DNA of 64,000 nt from an uncultured Anaerotignum sp. (lineage in GTDB: Bacteria > Bacillota > Clostridia > Lachnospirales > Anaerotignaceae), in NCBI GenBank assembly GCA_910578425.1, contig CAJTQX010000003.1, positions 8,183-72,182 of the forward strand, in the 5' to 3' direction. Within the stretch, counting starts at the first letter, position 1. Each line of letters opens with the position of its first letter. A program made the position numbers and the translations under genes. Shown here in pieces: positions 48,084 through 57,919 of this stretch. The notes below the pieces were generated by a model. It did not search any database and was not told where the DNA came from. It worked only from the letters and a program-made list of their open reading frames with translations.

Positions 48084-48717
48084 GGAAGCGTCCCTCCTTT
48101 CTTTTCTTATGACGGAGCGAAACGCCATTCCGTTCCCTGTTTTTTAATATTTCTTCTTTTAATTGACTGCGTGCGCGGCAGATGCGGGATTTCACTGTGC
48201 CCAAAGGCATTTCCAACGTTTCCGCAATTTCCTCATAGGAGAGCCCGCGGATATCGCGCAGCGTTACAGCCGCTTTATGTTCAGGGGAGAGCTTTTCCAT
48301 AGCAAGCAGTATTTCCCGCTGTTTTTCCTGCCGCAGGAGCACCTCCTCCGGCGTTTCCCGCTCATCGGCAATCTGCAATGCCCACGCGCCTTCTTCGTTC
48401 TGCATCTCCTGCTCCAAAGAAAGGCTCGGCTTGCCTTTGCGTTTCCGCATTTCATCAATGCAGGCGTTTACCGTTATTCTGTAAATCCATGTGGAAAATG
48501 CGGCGCGTTCATCAAAATTGGGGATATTTCGGAAAACCTTCAAAAAGACTTCCTGCGAAATATCCTTTGCGTCTTCACTGCTGCCAGCCATGCGCAGCGC
48601 GATATTATAAACTCTTTTTTCATGCGCAAGCACAAGCTGCTCAAATGCCGTCATATCTCCGCGTTTTGCCAGAGAAATCAGTATTTTTTCCGACTGCTCC
48701 GTCATCGGCATATCCAC
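48073..48717 (-). CDS. ECF RNA polymerase sigma factor
   Basis: Region 2 DAKDISQEVF..FSTWIYRI; region 4 LSYEEIAETLEMPLGTVKSRICRAR; start may be 48726, 48717 or 48711. Confidence 0.93.
   Translation of the reverse strand: MDMPMTEQSEKILISLAKRGDMTAFEQLVLAHEKRVYNIALRMAGSSEDAKDISQEVFLKVFRNIPNFDERAAFSTWIYRITVNACIDEMRKRKGKPSLSLEQEMQNEEGAWALQIADERETPEEVLLRQEKQREILLAMEKLSPEHKAAVTLRDIRGLSYEEIAETLEMPLGTVKSRICRARSQLKEEILKNRERNGVSLRHKKRKEGRFHEV
48111..48136 (-). promoter_or_regulatory. Putative ECF-type promoter inside the sigma gene 3' end
   Basis: Minus strand GGAAC-17nt-CGTC just upstream of the anti-sigma RBS. Confidence 0.55.
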
Positions 48718-48854
48718 ATCTGTCACCTCCGTTCAAAAAAGCTGACGGCAGCGTCTGCTTTACCCTGCCGTCACGATACATCTTCATTCTATCATATGTC
48801 CATATTCGCAACAAGCATTATTTCTGCGGCTTTTCGCCTCAAAACGACGTTGTT

Positions 48855-49733
48855 TTACGGTTTGCAGATGCCGCATGGCCCGTAACCGTCGGCAATCAGT
48901 TTTTCCCGCGTGCCGGAATAATTCTGGCGGTTTTCTTTCTTCAGCTTTTCCACGCCGGAACAATCGGGCTTATGGAATTTTTTGGAACTGGTGTTCAGTA
49001 CATATTCCATTGTTTTGCCGGCTTCGGGTTCTGTGCTTTCGGCGGCGCGGCTTTCGCCTGTGGCGTAATCAATCGCAACGCCCGGCTGGACGTTATAGCA
49101 GTAAACGCAGAAGCAGATGCCCTCGCCGTCATCTTCTACGGACTGCGCTTCTATCAGCACGCCGTCTGCTACAAGGTTTTCCCCTGTGAAAACAGGCGTC
49201 ACGCGATAGAGAACATGGTTTTCCGTTTCTTTTATGTAGTCGGCAGCCATGTTTTCAAATGGCAGCATACCGTCCACATTCAGGTAGCGTGTCCCTGTAA
49301 TCAGGTTGCCTGCGTTCGCGTTTTCGCCTGTCAGCTGAAATCCGATGAGGTGGCAGCGGTTATAGAGGTATTTCCCTTCCACGAAATCATATTTCATGGT
49401 CTGCCAGCCGCTGGGCCTGACCTGCCCGATGGATTTGCGTTCTTCGGTCGGCATCAGGTCAACGCCGATGTTGGCAATGGCAACGCCGCAGCGGCCCAGA
49501 GAATCCAGCTCGCTGTATGTTTCATAGGATTCTGTTACAAAATCCTCCTCGCTGAACAGAGGGATATTGCCGTTGATCTCGACAAACGGCGCGCCGTCAT
49601 AATCCGGCAGGGCTTCCAGCGTGGCGGTCTGCGCGGGGGCGGGCTGTGAAACGCTGGCATTAGTACCGGAACATGCGCTGAACAGCAGAGTAAAAACGAG
49701 TATCAGCGGCAGAAATATTTTTTGTTTTTTCAT
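48855..49733 (-). CDS. Lipoprotein DNA/RNA non-specific endonuclease with C-terminal metal-binding motif
   Basis: Lipobox FSAC; LDSLGRC, YNRCHLIG, NLITGTRYLN, YRVTP; KFHKPDC..CGIC tail. Confidence 0.9.
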   Translation of the reverse strand: MKKQKIFLPLILVFTLLFSACSGTNASVSQPAPAQTATLEALPDYDGAPFVEINGNIPLFSEEDFVTESYETYSELDSLGRCGVAIANIGVDLMPTEERKSIGQVRPSGWQTMKYDFVEGKYLYNRCHLIGFQLTGENANAGNLITGTRYLNVDGMLPFENMAADYIKETENHVLYRVTPVFTGENLVADGVLIEAQSVEDDGEGICFCVYCYNVQPGVAIDYATGESRAAESTEPEAGKTMEYVLNTSSKKFHKPDCSGVEKLKKENRQNYSGTREKLIADGYGPCGICKP

Positions 49734-50140
49734 TTGACATAAACCTCCTCTGTAATTGTTTCATGGGAATGGCCTTTGAAGTCTTCTGTGGAAACGAGTT
49801 TCCAGCCATGTTCCGCGAGCGGTATGGAAAAATGCAGGCTGGCGGGATATCTGCGGTTCCAGCGGTAAAGTATGAGCTTTTCTGCGCGTTCCTCATACGG
49901 CGCGGGGTCTGTGGTTTCCGCAAAGCAGAAATCGTCTGCGCCCGCATGCTCCAGAAAGCATTCATCTATTGAAAAATCCGCGCTTTCTTCCGGAGAAAAC
50001 TGCTTTGCGGAATAGGCGTTCAGCCAGAGCTTTCCGCCGGAAAGCCGCAGGAGCCGTTCCCGCAGAAGCCTGTCCTGGCTCTGCCTGCGGTTCGCAAATG
50101 CCATACCGTTGTCATCATCTGTACACACAATCAAAATCAT
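49730..50140 (-). CDS. Conserved hypothetical protein with DHFR-like motifs
   Basis: IVCTDDDNGMAF..RRQSQD; WNRRYPA..WKLVSTEDF; RBS GAGGT. Confidence 0.65.
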   Translation of the reverse strand: MILIVCTDDDNGMAFANRRQSQDRLLRERLLRLSGGKLWLNAYSAKQFSPEESADFSIDECFLEHAGADDFCFAETTDPAPYEERAEKLILYRWNRRYPASLHFSIPLAEHGWKLVSTEDFKGHSHETITEEVYVK

Positions 50141-50391
50141 TTGTCCGTTCACCTCTGTTTTATGATATCATACAGTATATCATGAATTTTGAAGGAGCCG
50201 CAAACAATATACCGAAAATCAGAGCAAAAACCGGGAAAATTCTTGATTTTCCGGTTTCGGCACAGCCCTGGCGGATATATTTCCGTTCCTTCTGTCTTTG
50301 TTTTGTGGTATGATGGGGAATAGAGAAATGAGGAAAGCAGACTGCCTGGCACCGCCTTTGCCCGCTGTTGCTGCGGCGAAGCGGTTGCATG

Positions 50392-50424
50392 GAAGGCGTT
50401 GCCTGAGCCTTTTTTGACACGCTG
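50392..50424 (-). repeat. Partial copy of the left end of the 8005-8270 element
   Basis: Reverse complement CAGCGTGTCAAAAAAGGCTCAGGCAACGCCTTC differs from 8005-8037 at one base. Confidence 0.8.
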
Positions 50425-50430
50425 GAAAGG

Positions 50431-51579
50431 ATGATGAATTTGCGGACTTCGGCTGGGCTTTATATACACATACCGTTTTGCAGACAGAAATGCCTGTACT
50501 GCGATTTCCCTTCGTTCGCAGGGCGTGAGGAATTACAGGAACGTTATACGGCATCGCTTCTGACGGAGATCAGGCGGCGTGCGCAGGCGTGTCAGGACAG
50601 GGTATTTCAGTCTGTATTTTTTGGCGGAGGAACGCCGACCGCACTCCCTCTGCCGCTTTTGGAACGGCTGGCGAGGGAGGTTTTTGCATTGTTCCAGATT
50701 GCGGAAGGGGCGGAGATCACAACGGAGGCAAACCCAGGCACGCTGAGCCGCGAAACAGCGCGGGCATTGCGAGGCATGGGCTTTAACCGTCTGAGTATCG
50801 GTGTGCAGGCGTGGCAGAACCATATTTTGAAACGGCTGGGGCGCATCCATACCATTGAGGAGTTTTTGGAGAATTACCGTATCGTGCGGGAGGAAGGTTT
50901 TCAGAACGTGAATGTTGACCTGATGTTTGCCCTGCCCGGGCAGACGCTGGCAGAATGGCGGGAAACGCTGGAACAGGCGGCGGCATTGGAGCCGGAGCAT
51001 ATCTCGGCATACAGCCTGATTTTGGAGGAAGGCACGCCCTTTTACCGGGAATGGGAGGAAGGAAGGCTGACGACTGTTTCAGAAGAGCTGGACAGGGAGA
51101 TGTACCATTTTGCGGTGGATTTTCTCAGGGAAAAAGGCTATGCGCAGTATGAGATTTCCAACTTTGCAAAATCCGGCAGACAGAGCCGCCATAACCGCAT
51201 CTACTGGCAGGCGGAGGAATATCTTGGGCTTGGGCTGGGCGCGCATTCCTTCTGGAACGGCGAACGTTTCCATAACCCTTATGGACTTGAGGAATATATA
51301 CAGGCAGGGGGCATTCCGGAACGGCTGGAACAGGACAGGGAATTCATTTCGGAGCGGGACGCGCTTGCGGAATTTATGTTTCTTGGGCTGCGGCTGACGG
51401 AAGGCGTTGCCTTTGCCGCTTTCCGGGAGCGTTTCGGCAGGGAAATGAAGGAGGTCTATGGCAGCCAGATTGATAAGCTGACGCAGCAGGGGCTGCTTGC
51501 GGCGGATGGGGCAGGGATACGCCTGACGCGCCGCGGCGTGGACGTGAGCAATGTAGTGTTCGGGGAATTTCTTTTGTGA
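50431..51579 (+). CDS. hemW: Radical SAM heme chaperone HemW (HemN-like)
   Basis: YIHIPFCRQKCLYCDF, GGGTPT, EANP, YEISNFA, HNRIYW; upstream of hrcA. Confidence 0.92.
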   Translation: MMNLRTSAGLYIHIPFCRQKCLYCDFPSFAGREELQERYTASLLTEIRRRAQACQDRVFQSVFFGGGTPTALPLPLLERLAREVFALFQIAEGAEITTEANPGTLSRETARALRGMGFNRLSIGVQAWQNHILKRLGRIHTIEEFLENYRIVREEGFQNVNVDLMFALPGQTLAEWRETLEQAAALEPEHISAYSLILEEGTPFYREWEEGRLTTVSEELDREMYHFAVDFLREKGYAQYEISNFAKSGRQSRHNRIYWQAEEYLGLGLGAHSFWNGERFHNPYGLEEYIQAGGIPERLEQDREFISERDALAEFMFLGLRLTEGVAFAAFRERFGREMKEVYGSQIDKLTQQGLLAADGAGIRLTRRGVDVSNVVFGEFLL

Positions 51580-51592
51580 ATGGAGGGAAACG

Positions 51593-51850
51593 ATGGCAGG
51601 ATTGATGGAAATGAGGAATATAGGCAGGGAGATGGCAGGAAAGCTGGAATCCGTTGGAATTTGCTCCGCAGAAGAATTACAGGAAATTGGCGCGAAACAG
51701 GCGTTTTTTAAGCTGAAAGAGGTATATCCCAATGTCTGTCTGGTGCATTTATACGCATTGGAGGGCGCGGTGCAGGATACGGAATATAACCGTCTTTCGG
51801 AGGACACCAAAAAGGAATTAAAGGCGTTCAGTGATTTTTTAAGGGGGTAA
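51593..51850 (+). CDS. TfoX/Sxy C-terminal domain protein
   Basis: NIG..KLESVGI..EL..IGAKQAF..LYALEGA. Confidence 0.85.
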   Translation: MAGLMEMRNIGREMAGKLESVGICSAEELQEIGAKQAFFKLKEVYPNVCLVHLYALEGAVQDTEYNRLSEDTKKELKAFSDFLRG

Positions 51851-51856
51851 TATGCA

Positions 51857-52441
51857 ATGAAGGATTTGGAGGAAATCAAAAGGGATATTTGGAGTACGGA
51901 GGATGTAGAAGAAAGAAAGGAAAAAATTGTACAGTATCTTTTGGAATCCCTGAAGGAGCCGCGCGATACTGAGGAGGAGGATTCCGGCACTGCGGAGAAT
52001 TGGGAGCCGGATGGGCAGGAGGAACGAACCGAAAGCGAGGAAGGAAAAAAGATACTGGAATTTTTGCAGGATAAAGTTACGGACGGCATGAAGCTGCCGG
52101 AGCTGGTTGACGTGTTTGAGAAGATGAGCAAAATCTCCGTTGGCGACTGGGAGGATTGGGAAGATATGACGTTGTTTGAAGCAGGTACATATTCCTTTAC
52201 AGGCAGGCCGATGTTTACGGTTTCGCTTGTGCGGCAGTTCCCGAATGATGAGGACGAGTTTTACCAGCTGCATTTGGATGCCTTGTTTTTGCCGGAGGAA
52301 AAGACGAAAGGAATCACTTTTTCGGAATGGAGCGACTGGGTGGAAGGGGACTTTTTTGCGTTTGTGCGGGAAACGGAAATTTACCGCATGATGAAAGACG
52401 AGATGCCCGCCGAGGTCAGTATTGATCTGGACGAAACATGA
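51857..52441 (+). CDS. Acidic hypothetical protein
   Basis: 194-aa ORF with RBS, very Glu/Asp-rich. Confidence 0.7.
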   Translation: MKDLEEIKRDIWSTEDVEERKEKIVQYLLESLKEPRDTEEEDSGTAENWEPDGQEERTESEEGKKILEFLQDKVTDGMKLPELVDVFEKMSKISVGDWEDWEDMTLFEAGTYSFTGRPMFTVSLVRQFPNDEDEFYQLHLDALFLPEEKTKGITFSEWSDWVEGDFFAFVRETEIYRMMKDEMPAEVSIDLDET

Positions 52442-52507
52442 TTTCCGGCAGGGGAGAGGCAGTTTTTCGTTTCTTTGCAGGAAAAGAGAAATTTTTGAAA
52501 ATAGCAC

Positions 52508-52536
52508 TTGACATTGGCAGATTCAAGTGCTATCTT
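52508..52536 (+). promoter_or_regulatory. Sigma-A promoter of the hrcA operon
   Basis: TTGACA-17nt-TATCTT with TG extension. Confidence 0.8.
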
Positions 52537-52548
52537 TATGTATAGAAA

Positions 52549-52575
52549 TTAGCACTCGATAGCGGTGAGTGCTAA
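52549..52575. promoter_or_regulatory. CIRCE element (HrcA operator)
   Basis: Perfect TTAGCACTC-N9-GAGTGCTAA. Confidence 0.97.
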
Positions 52576-52598
52576 TAAACCGGAAAGGAGGCGGCAGA

Positions 52599-53645
52599 GT
52601 GGCTCTGAATGACAGAAAAATACAGATATTGCAGGCGATTATCAATAATTATATTGAAACAGCGGAGCCTGTCGGTTCCAGAACGATTGCGAAAAAATAT
52701 AATCTCGGAATCAGCTCCGCAACCATACGGAACGAAATGAGCGATTTGGAGGAAATGGGCTTTATATTGCAGCCGCATGCTTCTTCCGGGCGCATTCCAT
52801 CGGATATGGGCTACCGGCTGTATGTCGACCACCTGATGCAGAAAAAGGAGCTGGGCGAGGAAGAACAGAGATACCTGCAAAGCATCATTTCCCGCGATAT
52901 CAGCCAGATTGACTTTCTGATGGAGGAAACCGCAAAGGCACTTTCCATACTGACGAATTATACGACGATTATCTCCGAACCGAAGGGACAGCGGACAAGA
53001 ATCAAGCAGATACGGCTGCTCCCGCTGGACAGCGCGTCCGTATTGCTCGTGATTGCTACGGAAGGAAATTTCATTAAGAATCATGTGATAAAAATGGGCT
53101 GCGTGCCTTCGGAGGAAAAGATTTTCGGCATCGGCATCTGCCTGAACCGGCTCTTGCAGGGCTGCGCCCTGCGGGAAATTGATACGCCGCTGGTTGCCAG
53201 AATGCAGGAAGAGCTTTGGGAATACCGCGAACTGCTGCCGCCGATTTTGAAAGCGATTGAAACAACGATGCGTTCTGCTGAAAAGGTGCAGTTGCATATG
53301 AGCGGGACGAAAAACATCCTTGCGTTTCCGGAATTTGCGGATATACAAAAGGCGAAATCGCTGTTTCAGGCGTTGGAAGAGAAGGACGTGCTGGTGACGC
53401 TTCTGGAGGAAAGCAAGAACAACGATTTACAGGTTTTGATTGGCAGCGAGAATACGGTGCAGAGCATGCAGGATTGCAGCGTGATTACGGCGACTTATAA
53501 AATGGGGGACAATACGCGGGGAACAATCGGCATTGTCGGCCCGACAAGAATGGATTATTCGCAGGTCATTTCCGTATTGAACGGAATGGTGCAGAATATA
53601 GAAAAAGTGTTGAAAAATCTATCCGATGGGGATAAGAATACCTAG
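52599..53645 (+). CDS. hrcA: Heat-inducible transcriptional repressor HrcA
   Basis: EPVGSRT..SSATIRNEMSDLEEMG..QPHASSGRIPS; GIVGPTRMDY; CIRCE upstream. Confidence 0.97.
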   Translation: MALNDRKIQILQAIINNYIETAEPVGSRTIAKKYNLGISSATIRNEMSDLEEMGFILQPHASSGRIPSDMGYRLYVDHLMQKKELGEEEQRYLQSIISRDISQIDFLMEETAKALSILTNYTTIISEPKGQRTRIKQIRLLPLDSASVLLVIATEGNFIKNHVIKMGCVPSEEKIFGIGICLNRLLQGCALREIDTPLVARMQEELWEYRELLPPILKAIETTMRSAEKVQLHMSGTKNILAFPEFADIQKAKSLFQALEEKDVLVTLLEESKNNDLQVLIGSENTVQSMQDCSVITATYKMGDNTRGTIGIVGPTRMDYSQVISVLNGMVQNIEKVLKNLSDGDKNT

Positions 53646-53656
53646 GAGGGAAAAGC

Positions 53657-54226
53657 GTGGAGGAAATGAGGAAGGACGAAACAATAGAGGAACAGGACGC
53701 GCATCCGGAGCAGGAGGAAACAGCCGCAGAGGTTTTGGAAGGGGCGGAGGTTTTGGAGCCCGCAGAGGAGGAAGCGGACAAAATCGCCGCGCTGGAACAG
53801 CAGGCGGCGGACAATCTGGATAAATACCAGCGGTGTCTGGCGGAGTTTGATAATTTCCGCAAGCGCACCGCGAAGGAAAAAGCCGCGATGTATGACGATG
53901 GCGTGCGGGATACTGTGGAGAAGCTGCTCGGCGTTGTGGATAACCTGGAGAGGGCGGTCATGGCGCAGGAAGGAAAGGCGGACGAGGACGACGCATTCTT
54001 CAAGGGCGTGGCAATGACGCTGAAACAGTTCCAGGAGGTGCTGCACGGCATGGGCGTGGAGGAGATAAAGGCGTTGGGCGAGAAATTCGACCCGAACCTG
54101 CACGCGGCTGTCGCGCACGAGGATGATGAGAATTACGGGGAAAACGAAATCATTCTGGAAATGCTCAAGGGTTATCTGTACAAGGAGCGGGTCATCCGCC
54201 ACAGCATGGTAAAGGTGGCGAATTAA
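53657..54226 (+). CDS. grpE: Nucleotide exchange factor GrpE
   Basis: AEFDNFRKR, VDNLERA, FDPNLHAAV, KGY..VIRHSMVKV. Confidence 0.97.
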   Translation: MEEMRKDETIEEQDAHPEQEETAAEVLEGAEVLEPAEEEADKIAALEQQAADNLDKYQRCLAEFDNFRKRTAKEKAAMYDDGVRDTVEKLLGVVDNLERAVMAQEGKADEDDAFFKGVAMTLKQFQEVLHGMGVEEIKALGEKFDPNLHAAVAHEDDENYGENEIILEMLKGYLYKERVIRHSMVKVAN

Positions 54227-54236
54227 GGAAAGACCT

Positions 54237-54500
54237 TGGGGGCACCGCCCCCAATACCCCCGCAAGGGGTATCTTCTCCGCTCCGCTCCGGTCGGCGCAA
54301 AACGAGCGTCCCCCGAACGCTCTGCGCCCCTTGACCCGTTTTCCGTCACACTGCGTGTGACGGGGAGGATAGAATTGGAAACTGGCGAACGCTGGGAATA
54401 TAAAACAAGAAAAGGTTTTTTCAGGGAAAACGAAGTTTTCCGGCAAAAGTTTTTGCTCCGCTTTTTTCAAAAAGCGGGTGGGGTTTGGGGCAAAGCCCCA
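54237..54500. repeat. REP-like cluster between grpE and dnaK
   Basis: GGGGGCACCGCCCCC..CCCCGCAAGGGG [insert] CCCCTTGACCC; AAAACGAAGTTTT; GGGGTTTGGGGCAAAGCCCCA. Confidence 0.75.
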
Positions 54501-54545
54501 AAAAGAAAAAAGAAAAACACTATCTGATTTTAGGAGGAATAGATT

Positions 54546-56387
54546 ATGGGAAAAATTATCGGTATTGACCTTGGTACAACAAACTCCTGCGTAGCAGTTA
54601 TGGAAGGCGGCCAGCCTGTTGTTATCGTAAACAGCGACGGCGCGAGAACAACTCCGTCCGTTGTCGGCTTTGCGAAAAACGGCGAACGCCTGATTGGTGA
54701 AACGGCGAAGCGTCAGGCAATCACAAACCCTGACAACACCATCAGCTCTATCAAGCGTCACATGGGCGAAAGCTATAAAGTAGACATCGAAGGCAAGCAG
54801 TATTCCCCGCAGGAAATTTCCGCAATGGTATTACAGAAGCTGAAAGCAGACGCGGAGAGCTATCTGGGCGAAGCTGTGACAGAGGCTGTTATTACGGTTC
54901 CTGCTTACTTCAACGATGCGCAGAGGCAGGCGACAAAGGACGCTGGCCGTATCGCGGGGCTTGACGTAAAGCGTATTATCAACGAGCCGACCTCCGCCGC
55001 TCTGGCTTACGGTCTGGATAACGAGAAGGAACAGAAGATCATGGTCTATGACTTGGGCGGCGGCACGTTCGATGTTTCTATCATCGAAATCGGCGACGGC
55101 GTTATCGAAGTTCTGGCGACAAACGGCAATACACACCTTGGCGGTGATGACTTCGATCAGAGAGTGATTGATTTCCTTGCGGCAGAGTTCAAAAAAGCTG
55201 AAAACATGGACCTGACAAAGGATAAGATGGCGATGCAGAGGCTGAAAGAGGCCGCTGAGAAGGCGAAAAAGGAGCTTTCTACCGTTACGACAACGAATAT
55301 CAACCTGCCGTTTATTACAATGAACCAGGATGGCCCGAAACATCTGGACGTTACATTGAGCAGAGCGAAATTTGACGAGCTGACAGCAGACTTGGTGGAC
55401 GGCACAATGGGCCCTGTACGTCAGGCTCTGTCTGACGCCGGTCTTTCCGCTGGCGATATTGACAAGGTGCTGCTGGTGGGCGGCTCCACAAGAATCCCCG
55501 CCGTACAGGACGCGGTAAAGAAATACACAGGCAAAGACCCGTTCAAGGGCATCAACCCTGATGAATGCGTAGCAGTGGGCGCGGCAATTCAGGGCGGCAA
55601 GCTGGCGGGCGACGCTGGCGCGGGCAGCGTGCTTCTGCTGGACGTAACGCCGCTTTCCCTCGGCATTGAAACACTGGGCGGCGTAGCAACAAAGCTGATT
55701 GACAGAAATACAACAATCCCGACAAATAAAAAGCAGGTATTCTCTACGGCGGAGGATAACCAGACGGCGGTTGACATCCATGTCGTACAGGGCGAACGTC
55801 CTCTGGCGCGTGACAACAAGACGCTGGGACAGTTCAAGCTGGACGGTATCGCACCCGCAAGGAGAGGCGTGCCGCAGATCGAGGTAACATTTGACATTGA
55901 CGCGAACGGCATTGTAAACGTATCCGCGAAGGACCTTGGCACAGGTAAGGAGCAGAAAATCACCATTACGGCAGGCTCCAACCTGAGCGAAGAAGAAATT
56001 GACCGCGCTGTGAAAGAGGCGGAGCAGTTCGCGGAAGCGGACCGCAAGCGCAAAGAGGCGATTGACGCGAAAAACGAGGCGGATTCCCTGATTTTCCAGA
56101 CAGAGAAGGCACTGGGCGAATTGGAGGGCAAGCTGGACGATGGCGAAAAATCCGCAGTAGAAGGCGAGCTGAACAAGCTGAAAGACCTTGTGAAGGATAT
56201 GAACGCGGAGACTATGACGGAAACGGACGTAGCGAATGTGAAGGCGGCAACAGAGGCTTTGACACAGGAGTTCTACAAAATTTCCGAAAAGCTCTATCAG
56301 CAGGCGCAGGCGGCACAGGGCGGCGATGCGACGCAGAACGGCGGCAGCGACACAGATGTGGTTGACGGCGAAGGAAAAGAGCTGTAA
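54546..56387 (+). CDS. dnaK: Chaperone DnaK
   Basis: [44 protein letters not shown]. Confidence 0.99.
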   Translation: MGKIIGIDLGTTNSCVAVMEGGQPVVIVNSDGARTTPSVVGFAKNGERLIGETAKRQAITNPDNTISSIKRHMGESYKVDIEGKQYSPQEISAMVLQKLKADAESYLGEAVTEAVITVPAYFNDAQRQATKDAGRIAGLDVKRIINEPTSAALAYGLDNEKEQKIMVYDLGGGTFDVSIIEIGDGVIEVLATNGNTHLGGDDFDQRVIDFLAAEFKKAENMDLTKDKMAMQRLKEAAEKAKKELSTVTTTNINLPFITMNQDGPKHLDVTLSRAKFDELTADLVDGTMGPVRQALSDAGLSAGDIDKVLLVGGSTRIPAVQDAVKKYTGKDPFKGINPDECVAVGAAIQGGKLAGDAGAGSVLLLDVTPLSLGIETLGGVATKLIDRNTTIPTNKKQVFSTAEDNQTAVDIHVVQGERPLARDNKTLGQFKLDGIAPARRGVPQIEVTFDIDANGIVNVSAKDLGTGKEQKITITAGSNLSEEEIDRAVKEAEQFAEADRKRKEAIDAKNEADSLIFQTEKALGELEGKLDDGEKSAVEGELNKLKDLVKDMNAETMTETDVANVKAATEALTQEFYKISEKLYQQAQAAQGGDATQNGGSDTDVVDGEGKEL

Positions 56388-56475
56388 TATAAACAGGCGG
56401 ATAAAAAACGGCAGGGGCGCGAAGGCGGGAGCTGGAACGCCCTGCCTTTGACGTTAAAGGAAAGACCAAGACCTT

Positions 56476-56698
56476 GAGGGCTTTGCCCCGCACCCCGCAA
56501 GCCGGTCAGTGCTTTGCTTCGCAAAGTCACGCTACGCGTGCCCGGATTTCTTTCCGGCACCTATTGAAAAGGGCTTGACCCTAAACTTTATTTTCAACCG
56601 CGCAGATGCGCGGTTGCAGAAGGGGCAAGGGCTGAAAGCCCTTGTGGGGTTTGGGGCAAAGCCCCAGGGTTTGAGGGTGCGGGACAGAGTCCCGCGGT
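56476..56698. repeat. REP-like cluster between dnaK and dnaJ
   Basis: GGGCTTTGCCCCGCACCCCGCAAG [insert] AAAGGGCTTGACCCTAAACTTTATT; AACCGCGCAGATGCGCGGTT; CAAGGGCTGAAAGCCCTTGTGGGGTTTGGGGCAAAGCCCC; GCGGGACAGAGTCCCGC. Confidence 0.8.
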
Positions 56699-56729
56699 TT
56701 TAGGCAAAACCGATAAGGCGGTGAGAAGG

Positions 56730-57890
56730 TTGGCAGAGAAAAGAGATTATTATGAGGTGCTGGGGGTAAAGAAAGACGCGACAGAGGCAGAGCTGAAAAA
56801 GGCCTACCGGAAAATGGCGGTCAAATACCACCCCGACCAAAACCCGGGCGATAAAGATGCCGAGGCAAAATTCAAAGAGATCAACGAGGCGTATGGCGTG
56901 CTGAGCGACCCGGAAAAACGCGCACAGTACGATCAGTTCGGTCACGCGGCCTTTGAACAGGGCGGCATGGGCGGAGGCTTCTATAGCCAGGGCTTCGACA
57001 TGGGCGATTTGGGCGATATTTTCAGCAGCATGTTTGGCTTTGGCGGCGGTTTCGGCGGCGGCAGTACGCGTAAAAACGGCCCCCGCCGCGGCAGGGACAT
57101 CAACGTCAATATCCAACTGACGTTTGAGGAGGCTGTTTTTGGCTGCAAGAAGGAGATTTCCGTTCCGATTGCGGACGAATGCGACACATGCCACGGTACG
57201 GGTGCGAAGGAAGGCACGCACGCTGAAAGCTGCCCGAAATGCGGCGGCACAGGGCAGGAGCGTGTGGTACAGCAGTCCATGTTCGGCGCGGTAACATCCG
57301 TGCGGACGTGTTCCCAGTGTCATGGCACAGGGAAAATCATTAAAGAGCCATGCGGTGCCTGCAAGGGTACGGGACGCGTGCGCAAAACGAAGAAATACGA
57401 GGTCAATGTGCCGCAGGGCATCGACAACGGACAGACCATTCGTCTGGCTGGCAAGGGCGAGGTTGGTGAAAACGGTGGCGGCTACGGCGATCTGCTTGTG
57501 ACGGTTTATGTGCAGCCAAACAGGGTGTTTGAACGTCGTGGCTACGATATTTACTGCGATGTGCCGATTACGTTCGTACAGGCGGCTTTGGGCGGCGAAA
57601 TCATCATCAAGACCATTGACGGCGAGCAGAAATATACCATAAAGCCGGGAACACAGCCGGATACTGTTGTGACGCTGAAAGGCGTTGGCGTTCCGAATCT
57701 GCGTAATCCGAAAACACGCGGGAACCAGATTATTACATTGAAGGTAAAAATCCCAACGGATATGAGCGAACGGCAGAAAGACCTGCTGCGGCAGTTCTAT
57801 GACGAAGGACATACCGAGCCTGTTTCAGCCGCAAAAGGAGAGGAGAAAAAGAGCTTCTCAGAGAAAATGAAGGGGCTGTTTAAGGAGTAA
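56730..57890 (+). CDS. dnaJ: Chaperone DnaJ
   Basis: J-domain HPD, G/F region, four CxxCxGxG repeats; likely TTG start. Confidence 0.98.
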   Translation: MAEKRDYYEVLGVKKDATEAELKKAYRKMAVKYHPDQNPGDKDAEAKFKEINEAYGVLSDPEKRAQYDQFGHAAFEQGGMGGGFYSQGFDMGDLGDIFSSMFGFGGGFGGGSTRKNGPRRGRDINVNIQLTFEEAVFGCKKEISVPIADECDTCHGTGAKEGTHAESCPKCGGTGQERVVQQSMFGAVTSVRTCSQCHGTGKIIKEPCGACKGTGRVRKTKKYEVNVPQGIDNGQTIRLAGKGEVGENGGGYGDLLVTVYVQPNRVFERRGYDIYCDVPITFVQAALGGEIIIKTIDGEQKYTIKPGTQPDTVVTLKGVGVPNLRNPKTRGNQIITLKVKIPTDMSERQKDLLRQFYDEGHTEPVSAAKGEEKKSFSEKMKGLFKE

Positions 57891-57919
57891 GCGGCGGGAC
57901 TGATGAAAAGAAAATTTTA

